A stretch of 64,000 nucleotides of DNA from Candidatus Bathyarchaeum sp. (GTDB taxonomy: Archaea > Thermoproteota > Bathyarchaeia > Bathyarchaeales > Bathyarchaeaceae). The translations under genes and the position numbers were made by a program. The stretch covers positions 109,605 to 173,604 of the forward strand of contig CP070820.1 in NCBI GenBank assembly GCA_020344315.1, in the 5' to 3' direction. How positions within the stretch are numbered: position 1 is the stretch's first letter; each line of letters starts with the position of its first letter. Below, in pieces: positions 48,677-56,926 of this stretch. Below the pieces are notes generated by a model. The model worked only from the letters and a program-made list of their open reading frames with translations. It searched no databases and had not been told where the DNA came from.

Positions 48677-48891
48677 CCTCTGCACGTTCCAAAAAAATAT
48701 CGTCCCTCCAGATTATTATTTCATTCGGTCTTTACAATTGAATCAAAAATTACTGTTGCGAGTTTGTGAACTGTGTCACAAGTTATAAATCCTCATTTTG
48801 ACAAATCTGTTTTTTATGAATAGTTCATGTGTAGTCAAACTTTCTGGTTTGACCAATTCAACATTATGCTTCAATCAAAGTTTGCTGTTTT

Positions 48892-49869
48892 TTGGCGAGG
48901 AGAGTGAGAAGGCTGAATGATGTTGTAGTAGATTCGGTGACTAAGCGCTTCGAAGACACAGTAGCTGTTGACAATCTTTCTATAAGTGTTGCACAGGGAG
49001 AACTGTTTGGTTTGCTGGGTCCCAATGGCGCTGGCAAATCTACACTCACAAAGATGATTTCTGGGATGCTGAATCCCACATCAGGCACAATCAAGGTGGG
49101 AAAATACAGCATTCAAGACGATCCCATGAAAGTCAAAGAACTGCTAGGCGTTGTTCCCCAAGACATAGTATTGTATGATTACCTGAATGCACGAGAAAAT
49201 CTAGCGTTTTACGGCAGACTCTACGGCTTGTCAGGAAAAAAACTCAAGAATAGAATCAATGAACTGCTGCAGTTTACACAGTTGGATGAGAAGGCAGTGA
49301 AACGTCACGTCTCTACCTACTCTGGAGGAATGAAACGCCGCGTCAACATTGCTGCCGCGCTTCTGCATGAACCTCAAGTTCTGCTATTAGATGAACCCAC
49401 CGCTGGACTCGATCCACAAAACAAACATGCCCTTTGGGATATAATCGAGGATCTGAAGAAGCAAAGGAAGACTATCGTTTTGACGACGCATATGATGGAT
49501 GAAGCAGAGGAACTGTGCGATAGAGTTGCGATCATGGATCATGGCAAAATTATTGCATTAGGCAGCCCAAGCCAGTTAGTTAAGAAAGTCAAGATGGAGA
49601 ACACGATAACTGTTGTTCCGGACAAAATCTCACCCAGCCTCATTGAACAAATTAAAGGCATTACTGGCGTCAAAAACACCTACATTGCCCCTGATGAAAA
49701 CGAAAAAATCGAGGCCATAAAGGTGATTACAGACTGCCCGGACGACATACTTCCGGATATAGTGTCCACGATTGTGAATACTGGAACAAAGGTTTTGTCT
49801 GTTCAGCTTTCACGGGTAACGCTTGAAGACGTGTTCATTACGCTTACAGGGAGAAGCCTAAGGGAGTAG
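48892..49869 (+). CDS. ABC-2 type exporter ATP-binding subunit
   Basis: GPNGAGKS, YSGGMKRR, LLLDEPT, TTHMM. Confidence 0.95.
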   Translation: MARRVRRLNDVVVDSVTKRFEDTVAVDNLSISVAQGELFGLLGPNGAGKSTLTKMISGMLNPTSGTIKVGKYSIQDDPMKVKELLGVVPQDIVLYDYLNARENLAFYGRLYGLSGKKLKNRINELLQFTQLDEKAVKRHVSTYSGGMKRRVNIAAALLHEPQVLLLDEPTAGLDPQNKHALWDIIEDLKKQRKTIVLTTHMMDEAEELCDRVAIMDHGKIIALGSPSQLVKKVKMENTITVVPDKISPSLIEQIKGITGVKNTYIAPDENEKIEAIKVITDCPDDILPDIVSTIVNTGTKVLSVQLSRVTLEDVFITLTGRSLRE

Positions 49870-49870
49870 A

Positions 49871-51139
49871 ATGGATATGAGCCTCAAAAGATCAATTAAC
49901 CAAATAGCTGCAGTAGCAAAAACCGATTTTCTTGGAGTCCTCAGAAACAAAACCGCCATCTTCTTCACGTTGCTCTTTCCGCTGTTCTTCATAGTCATAA
50001 TCGGATTCACTTTTGGTCAATCCGGAGAAGCAGACATGAGCCGCATTTCTATTGGGGTGGTTAACCTTGACGGCGAGATGATTGCCCTAAACGCCACTGA
50101 TTCTAGCAACAGCACAATCGGAGACATCTTTGTTGAAGCATTGGAGAGTGCAAACTTTACGGTTACGGGCTATGGCGAGTATGGCTACAGAGACACGAAT
50201 GGAACAGCTGCCTACGCCATTAGCCGAGGAGACATCGATGCGGTTTTGGTTATTCCCGCCAATTTCACAGAAACAATAACCTTCCTATACACCGACGATT
50301 TAGGCGCCTCAGTCCCAACAGTGTCTCACCTTGAGCTAATCGTTGATCCAACTGATTCTACTGGTGCCATGATAACGCAACAGAGCGTTTTTGGTTTCAT
50401 CTCAGCTTTCATAAAAGAATATCATGAGATCGTCATCGAACAGTTTCCATCTTACCTGCAAGATTACATTGAAGTCGTTGCCGACCCTCTCATAGTTACA
50501 ACCAGTGAAGCCGAGGTCACAGAAGCCGAGTTAAAATGGATAGACTACATGGTTCCAGGAACGCTGGGCTTGGTTCTCATTTGGAGCGGATTAAACCATG
50601 CATCCATGACCATCGCGACCGAACGTACAAAAGGAACTTTCCAGCGCATGGTGATAGCTCCTGTTTATCCCACGGTTGTTCTACTTGGTAAGCTCCTCTC
50701 CGCCTTGGCAATAGTCTATATGTCTGCTTTCATTATGCTTTTGAGTGGTGTTCTTCTCTTCCAAGTTAATCTCTACTGGGACATTCCAGTCATAATTTTG
50801 GGCATATTCCTTGGGGCACTTTCAGCGATTGGAATTGGGTTAATAATCTCTTCCCTTGCAAAGAATGAGGAAGCAGCCAACTCGATTTCTGTCATAATCA
50901 GTGTTCCGCTCCAGTTCTTCATCGGAGCTTTCTTTCCTCTCAGCATAATGCCAGCAGCTGCTGAAGCCTTCGGCAATGCTCTTCCTTTCACAAAACTGGT
51001 CACTGCCATGCAGGATGTCATGACAAGAAACCTGCCGTTTGATGCTGTTATACCCGAGATACTTTACCTAGCTGCCTCCGGTGTGATTCTGTTCCTGATA
51101 GGGACAATAGCATATCGAATAACCCTGAGAAGGCTCTAA
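49871..51139 (+). CDS. ABC-2 type permease with large extracellular loop
   Basis: IGVVNLD, DYMVPG, ERTKGTFQR, GAFFP. Confidence 0.92.
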   Translation: MDMSLKRSINQIAAVAKTDFLGVLRNKTAIFFTLLFPLFFIVIIGFTFGQSGEADMSRISIGVVNLDGEMIALNATDSSNSTIGDIFVEALESANFTVTGYGEYGYRDTNGTAAYAISRGDIDAVLVIPANFTETITFLYTDDLGASVPTVSHLELIVDPTDSTGAMITQQSVFGFISAFIKEYHEIVIEQFPSYLQDYIEVVADPLIVTTSEAEVTEAELKWIDYMVPGTLGLVLIWSGLNHASMTIATERTKGTFQRMVIAPVYPTVVLLGKLLSALAIVYMSAFIMLLSGVLLFQVNLYWDIPVIILGIFLGALSAIGIGLIISSLAKNEEAANSISVIISVPLQFFIGAFFPLSIMPAAAEAFGNALPFTKLVTAMQDVMTRNLPFDAVIPEILYLAASGVILFLIGTIAYRITLRRL

Positions 51140-51201
51140 TGAACGTGCAGCACCCTTTATTAGTTTGATTTTTATTTTTGTTAGTTTAGGGATTGTTATC
51201 T

Positions 51202-51435
51202 ATGACAAAGACGGTTAAGGAACAAGTGGAACAATGCATTGAAGAAGTGAGACCTCAATTGCAAGCTGATGGTGGAGACATAGAGCTTGTGGATGTAGCG
51301 AACGGCGTCGCCAAGGTGAAACTGAAGGGAGCATGCAGTGGATGTCCAATGTCAGCTATGACCCTACAATATGGAGTCATAAGCTGCATAAAGAAGAGAG
51401 TGCCGGAAATAGAGAAAGTTGAGGTAGTCCAGTAA
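51202..51435 (+). CDS. NifU-like (Nfu) Fe-S carrier domain protein
   Basis: VRPQLQADGGDIELV..LKGACSGCPMS. Confidence 0.93.
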   Translation: MTKTVKEQVEQCIEEVRPQLQADGGDIELVDVANGVAKVKLKGACSGCPMSAMTLQYGVISCIKKRVPEIEKVEVVQ

Positions 51436-51478
51436 CCATTCCAGCGATAACCTCTCACTTTTTTATCTGATGCAATTA

Positions 51479-51823
51479 TTATGACCGTATCATAGTCAGA
51501 ATCATTTTGAATTTCTTGGTTGCCTTCAAGGCGTGGGGTTGATTGGCTGGCATTATCACCATTTCCCCCTTCTTTAGCGGAAAAGTTTTGCCAGATATGG
51601 TTACTTCAGCCTCGCCATCTAAGATGTGAACTAAAGCGTCGAAGGGCGCTGTATGTTCACTCAATCCCTGACCTTCATCAAAAGCGAATAGGGTTACTGT
51701 TCCCGTTTCTTTGTCAATTATTGTTCGACTTACCACAGAGCCTTCCTGATATTCGACCAGATCAATAAGCCTTACTGGTTGGGTAAGGATGCTCTCAACA
51801 TTCTGTTCTTTATTTCCTTCCAT
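51479..51823 (-). CDS. Cupin domain protein
   Basis: LFAFDEGQGLSEHTAP..MPANQPHAL. Confidence 0.92.
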   Translation of the reverse strand: MEGNKEQNVESILTQPVRLIDLVEYQEGSVVSRTIIDKETGTVTLFAFDEGQGLSEHTAPFDALVHILDGEAEVTISGKTFPLKKGEMVIMPANQPHALKATKKFKMILTMIRS

Positions 51824-51860
51824 GAATTGTCACCTGTTGCAACCATTGCCTATATTGCTC

Positions 51861-52181
51861 TTAATTTTCTCTGATGAGGCACTTTCCGCCTGTTGGACAA
51901 TACTTGTTGGCGTGATTCTCAACTGCTTTGAAGAGTGCACCGACAGTTTCTTGATTGGCGGAATAGATTCGCTTCTTTCCCTGTCTCTCAATGTAAACGA
52001 AATTGCATTCTAGTAGTGGTTTCAGGTTATGGGAGATCATGCTCTGTTCCTGCCCAAGAGAATCAGCGAGCTCAGTTACGCTCATCGGTTTTTTCATCAA
52101 TTTTTCTAATGCAGCTAGTCTTGTAGGATTCGAGAGATTTACAAAGAACTTGTAACAGGTTTCGCTTAATCCCTTCTTCAT
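51861..52181 (-). CDS. ArsR/SmtB family transcriptional regulator
   Basis: LSNPTRL, SVTELA, QSMISHNL, RQGKKRIY, C-terminal H/C residues. Confidence 0.92.
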   Translation of the reverse strand: MKKGLSETCYKFFVNLSNPTRLAALEKLMKKPMSVTELADSLGQEQSMISHNLKPLLECNFVYIERQGKKRIYSANQETVGALFKAVENHANKYCPTGGKCLIREN

Positions 52182-52207
52182 GACTACTTCCCTCTTTTAG
52201 CCTTTTT

Positions 52208-52241
52208 ATGAATTATTCTTCATATGTATTATCGTTCATAT
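52208..52241. promoter_or_regulatory. Tandem SmtB/ArsR-like operators
   Basis: ATGAA-N6-TTCAT (52208-52223) and TGTA-N6-TTCA (52225-52238) upstream of arsR. Confidence 0.6.
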
Positions 52242-52371
52242 AAAACCATCGGTTACTTGGAGAAACGAAAACGCACACCCATCTTATCTTCGGTTCCTTC
52301 TTTTAACAAATATTCGCAGTCTAGACAACAGTCTTATATAGAATCCTTCACCTATTGAGTGATGAAAGATT

Positions 52372-52515
52372 ATGCCTAGAGATCCAGTCTGTGGCGTCGT
52401 TCTAAACGAAAAGACGGGAAAATATAAAATCACGCACGACGGAGAAAAATATTATTTCTGCAGTGTTAAATGCAAGAAGAAATTCAAGAGGAACCGAAGC
52501 AAATTTGCGAAATAG
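52372..52515 (+). CDS. Stand-alone YHS/TRASH metal-binding domain protein, 47 aa
   Basis: Missing from the ORF track; MPRDPVCGVVLNEKTGKYKITHDGEKYYFCSVKCKKKFKRNRSKFAK. Confidence 0.88.
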   Translation: MPRDPVCGVVLNEKTGKYKITHDGEKYYFCSVKCKKKFKRNRSKFAK

Positions 52516-52584
52516 CCTCTAAAGAAGTACTTTCATAAAAACGAGAAAAATAGACCCGTTCTTTTCCAAAGCTCTTGGGTATAT

Positions 52585-54351
52585 TTACAGGTAGGCTTCT
52601 GATGCGTATCTTCGCATCATTCTGTGGCTGTTGAAGTAGTAGGCAACCTTTCCAATCGAGTTCTCCATCATTCGTATCCAATCATCCCGGTTTCTGTAGA
52701 ATTTGGGGACAACCACATACTCCAATTTGCTGTATAATTCTGTGATCTCCCGATATCTCCTCTCAGCCTCTTCCAAATCCTCTTTCGGAGAAGGACCAAT
52801 AGCCCAACCCGTAACACCCTCAACACAACCCTCCACCCACCATCCATCCAAGACACTGAAATTAATCACCCCATTATGCGCTGCCTTCATTCCGCTTGTG
52901 CCCGAAGCCTCATAAGGCGGAAGAGGAGTATTCAACCAGACGTCTACGCCAGAAGTGAGCTTAGCCGCCATCTGAAGATCATAATTTTCCAAATAGACAA
53001 TCTTCATCATACCCTTCAGATTCTGTTTCATCTCATGAATCTCCTCGATTAAGCGTTTTCCCATCCAGTCCCTAGGATGGGCTTTGCCCGCATAAATCAC
53101 CTGAATCTCTCCCACCCGGTTGATTTCTTCAAGCCTCTTTATGTTTGAAAATATCAGATTCGGTCTTTTGTAGCCGGTGGACCTTCGAGCAAAACCTAGA
53201 GTAAGCACATCACGATCAAATCGGAGACCGGAAAGTTCCCGAACATAACGTATGAGAGCTTCTTTCGCCTCCATATGAGCCAGCCAAATCTCCTCGTCAG
53301 GAATGCTGTCCACCCTGACAAGCAATTCAGGTTCGTTTGCCCATCCGGGCAGATACTTGTCATATAGCCTTCTGAAACTCTCGCAAGTCCAAGTGAAAGA
53401 GTGGACACCGTTTGTTATAGCTGAGATATTATAACCAGGAAACAGAGTCAAGGAAAATTCCTTGTGTCTTTTCGCAACACCATTCACGTATTTGCTTAGG
53501 TTAAGTGCCAGACGTGTCATATTTAGCCGGTCTTTGCCTCCAAGCTTCTTCAGGGTTTCTAGAGGAATTATTTCACCCAGCATTTCTTGGACGAGGTTAT
53601 ACGAGAATTTGTCGTGACCCGCCTCTACTGGAGTGTGAGTGGTGAATATGCAGAGGTCTCTTACCTCATCCAGCTCCATACCGTTCTTTGCCAGCAACTC
53701 TAAGGTGAGGAGGCAAGAATGTCCCTCGTTCATGTGATATTTTCCTATTTTGAAGCCTGCAGCCTCAAGCATTTTCACCCCGCCGACTCCCAAAACGATC
53801 TCTTGCTTCAACCTATACTGCTCATCCCCACCATACAGGAAAGAAGTAATCTCTCTGTCTTCCGGGGTGTTGCCTTCGACATCTGTGTCAAGAAAAAGGA
53901 CAGGAACCAATCCTCCTGTGGGACTCTGGTAATCATGAAGCCAAGCTTTCACTCTGACTTTTCGATTCTGTATATTCAACTCGACTTGGGTTGGCAATTC
54001 AGTCATTAATTTGGACGGTGTCCACTCGTCCGGGCGCTCAATCTGTTTTCCGCCTCTAAGCTCCTGTCTCACATACCCCTTTCTGCTGACAAGAGTGACT
54101 CCCACCAACGGAATCTTGAGGTCAGCGCTGGACTTTATCATGTCACCAGCCAAAACCCCTAATCCTCCGCTGTAGGTGTGAAAATCGTTGTTCAACCCGA
54201 TTTCCATGGAGAAATAGGCTATTTTCTTTCCCCGCAAGAAAGCACGTTTACAGTATTCACCGCAGAAATAGTATGTTTTTCCCCTCACTTCAGCCTTGAA
54301 TTCTTCCTTAGTTTCAGTTAAAGGCATCCCGCAGACAGGGTCTCTGATCAT
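52585..54351 (-). CDS. glgP: Alpha-glucan (glycogen/maltodextrin) phosphorylase with N-terminal YHS domain
   Basis: IAYFSMEIG, YSGGLGVLAGD, HMNEGH, EASGTSGMKA (PLP Lys); N-terminal DPVCGM..YYFCGEYC. Confidence 0.95.
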   Translation of the reverse strand: MIRDPVCGMPLTETKEEFKAEVRGKTYYFCGEYCKRAFLRGKKIAYFSMEIGLNNDFHTYSGGLGVLAGDMIKSSADLKIPLVGVTLVSRKGYVRQELRGGKQIERPDEWTPSKLMTELPTQVELNIQNRKVRVKAWLHDYQSPTGGLVPVLFLDTDVEGNTPEDREITSFLYGGDEQYRLKQEIVLGVGGVKMLEAAGFKIGKYHMNEGHSCLLTLELLAKNGMELDEVRDLCIFTTHTPVEAGHDKFSYNLVQEMLGEIIPLETLKKLGGKDRLNMTRLALNLSKYVNGVAKRHKEFSLTLFPGYNISAITNGVHSFTWTCESFRRLYDKYLPGWANEPELLVRVDSIPDEEIWLAHMEAKEALIRYVRELSGLRFDRDVLTLGFARRSTGYKRPNLIFSNIKRLEEINRVGEIQVIYAGKAHPRDWMGKRLIEEIHEMKQNLKGMMKIVYLENYDLQMAAKLTSGVDVWLNTPLPPYEASGTSGMKAAHNGVINFSVLDGWWVEGCVEGVTGWAIGPSPKEDLEEAERRYREITELYSKLEYVVVPKFYRNRDDWIRMMENSIGKVAYYFNSHRMMRRYASEAYL

Positions 54352-54403
54352 AACTAAAAACCTCTTGACTCGCACCTTCTCTTCGTTGTTAACCAAGCCA
54401 TTT

Positions 54404-55975
54404 TTAGCCGTCCGTAGTGATTTTTTTCAATTGTTTTATTCTTTTTTCAGTTGCGGCTAGAACTTTCTTGCGTATAGCTTCCCCTTCCAACTTTTTCATT
54501 GCCCTGCTAATTTTTGCCATCTCGTCAGCTAGTTTGTTTTCGCCGACAACTTCGCGTAGCCAGCGTTCGAAATCTCCTCTTTCCACATGGAACCAAATAG
54601 AGCTAAGGTCAATGGTCTTCAGTGTTGAATAAAACTCGTTTAAGCTGTGAACTGTTAAACCAGAGGATCGTGCGAATTCGTAAGAGAAGGTGAATCCCAT
54701 TCCGGCTGGAAGACGCCTTAGCACCCTTTTTGCTGCCAGTTCTGGTTTTTCCAGCTCTACAAGGATTCTGGCTTCGAGGTCAGAGAGGACTCTTGAATAT
54801 ACCGCAAAGGCTTCGACCGGACTGCCCATGGAACTGAAGTAGTTGTGTACGTCTCCAGGTCCTCCTCCCTTTATACTGAGGTAGTAGAGGTGGTCGCTCA
54901 TCTGAAGATAACGCCATAAACGAATCAGCTCCTTGTCACCTATTCCCTTCACCAACTGTCCCAGTTCCTTCAGAGAGTCGTAACATATGTTCTGCATTGG
55001 ATTGCCAATCCATGCGCTGGGGTCTCGTTCAATGTCAGCCCATGAGACCGTGTTGTACTCATGAACGTCAATTTCACCAACTGGATCGTGCCTGCTAATG
55101 GCTTCGGAGGGTGTTCTCCAGTGAAGGTTGTGCCATTTGTTCACCTCGCCGGGTAACCATCTTAAGAATTCATGGATACCGGATTCTGACCAGTGGTGTT
55201 CCCCAAAGGTTTCGTAGTCAACGAAAATAACTATAACTTGTCCTTGGGTTGCAGCTAGCCAGCGGGCGTATTTGGTTGCGTCCAGGGGGTACTCGTTCCA
55301 CCATGGGGAGGAGAAACGGAATCCTATATCGTCGGAGAGGCGGTAGTTGCGAAGCAATACACGAAAGTTAGAGTTTTTGGCTTTGTAGACGTAGTTGGGA
55401 CTTCTTCCCAAGAGAATCCTCTCAATTCCTTCTGTAACTGTGCCTTTGTAGCCCATTCCCTCCATTGTCTTAGCTATCGCATTATTGTATAGTAACTCGG
55501 TGTTTTCGATAACCTTTGGTTCATAGTTGAAGAGGTCCTTCATGAGCTGGCGATGCATTTGAACCTGTTCCACGAATTCTGAGCGATCTGTCCCGTGAAG
55601 GCTGGCTAACGAGTGGTAGTATGTTTCCTCCATGAATTCAACGCATCCGGTTTCGGCGAGTTGTTTGAAGGACTCGATTAGGTCTGGGTTCCAGCGTTCG
55701 CACTGTTCAAGAAAGACTCCGGATATCCCGTAAGTTACCTTGAACTTTTTCCGTTCTCTCCTGCACTCTTCAATCTGTTCCAAGATTATGCTGTTTGCTG
55801 GAAAGTAACATTTCCTTGCGGCTCTCTCGAAAACGTAACGGTTAAGCCCGTTGTCAAAATATAGGTCAAAAAGGCCCTTTTTTGTGACTTTTCCCTTAGA
55901 CAGTAGGTCAGAGTGAAAATTACGGTTCAACCTGAATGGCTGATGAACCTCAAGCATTAGACAAATGTCTGTCAT
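54404..55975 (-). CDS. GH57 alpha-amylase with C-terminal DUF5752-like domain
   Basis: EVHQP, ETYYHSL, NTEL, DYETFGEH, SWAD, SDHLYY. Confidence 0.92.
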   Translation of the reverse strand: MTDICLMLEVHQPFRLNRNFHSDLLSKGKVTKKGLFDLYFDNGLNRYVFERAARKCYFPANSIILEQIEECRRERKKFKVTYGISGVFLEQCERWNPDLIESFKQLAETGCVEFMEETYYHSLASLHGTDRSEFVEQVQMHRQLMKDLFNYEPKVIENTELLYNNAIAKTMEGMGYKGTVTEGIERILLGRSPNYVYKAKNSNFRVLLRNYRLSDDIGFRFSSPWWNEYPLDATKYARWLAATQGQVIVIFVDYETFGEHHWSESGIHEFLRWLPGEVNKWHNLHWRTPSEAISRHDPVGEIDVHEYNTVSWADIERDPSAWIGNPMQNICYDSLKELGQLVKGIGDKELIRLWRYLQMSDHLYYLSIKGGGPGDVHNYFSSMGSPVEAFAVYSRVLSDLEARILVELEKPELAAKRVLRRLPAGMGFTFSYEFARSSGLTVHSLNEFYSTLKTIDLSSIWFHVERGDFERWLREVVGENKLADEMAKISRAMKKLEGEAIRKKVLAATEKRIKQLKKITTDG

Positions 55976-56233
55976 GGTTGACCACCATTCACTTGAGCCC
56001 ATGTAATCTTAAGAGTCATATTTGATCCACACATTAGGCGGTACAAGCATTATCTAAGTTTATCCTCTTTATTAGGACATTTACCAAGCCGTTTCCACAA
56101 ATCTCCCAAGAAATTCTGCAGTGTTTTCTACTTTTAAAATTTCAGAATGCCACATTCACATGAGATTTACAGTATTCTCACGTAGGTTTTCGGGAGACAA
56201 AAGAATTTAGAAAATTTAGTAATTGCTTTCATA

Positions 56234-56478
56234 TTATTCGAAGGTTTCAGTATATTTACAGCTTGGATAATTGCTACATCCAAGAAACATGTTAAAGCCT
56301 TTTCTTTCAACAAGATAACCATCCTCACAAATCGGACAAATTTTAGTTTTATAACTACAAACCTCATTTGAACAGTAATAAAGATGTGCTTCTTCTAAAA
56401 CACGCAAAAAACCATCCGAACATTTAGGGCAAACTGTTGGTTTGTAAAAACAATAAGGAAAATTGTTACAAGAACACC
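56234..56478 (-). pseudogene. Fragment with topoisomerase-type C4 zinc-ribbon repeats (5' end missing)
   Basis: CNNFPYC..CPKC..CSNEVC..CPICEDGYLVERKG..FLGCSNYPSCKYT; AT-rich; no convincing start. Confidence 0.6.
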
Positions 56479-56781
56479 TATGATTCCATTGATGAAGAAA
56501 CGCGACAAACATTAATTGCTTTGATGGCGCAACAAGGATACGTTCCAAAGGAAGAACTTGACAAAGTAAAAAACGATGCTGAAAAGAAAATTAATAATTA
56601 TAAAAAGGAAAGCGATAGGTAGAAACGTATCGCTAACGACCGTCTTAAAGAGCTTGAAGATTTTAAGGAGCAGATTAGAAAAAAGCGTATTGCTGAAGAA
56701 AAAAAACGTGACGACCAAATAGACAAGAAGGCAGGCAGCCTTATAGCGGAGATAACAAAGCGGAAGTTAATCTCCAACTGA
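56479..56781 (+). pseudogene. Coiled-coil protein fragment with in-frame TAG at 56620
   Basis: YDSIDEETRQTL..KKESDR*KRIANDRLKELEDFKEQIRKK..LISN. Confidence 0.45.
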
Positions 56782-56926
56782 TACCCCCTTAGGCCCAGCA
56801 ATCTTAAAAGATGATACCCTTATCATCCGTAAAAAATTTTGCCCTTGGGAAAGCGCGCGCATCTCCAAGTTGTACTAATCATTTCAGATAGAAAATGTTA
56901 TTCCACGCCTTTTTAAAATTTCTTAT

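Noticed and set aside
52484..52681. Short minus-strand ORF overlapping the glgP 3' end
   Set aside because: Alternative-frame shadow overlapping two better-supported genes
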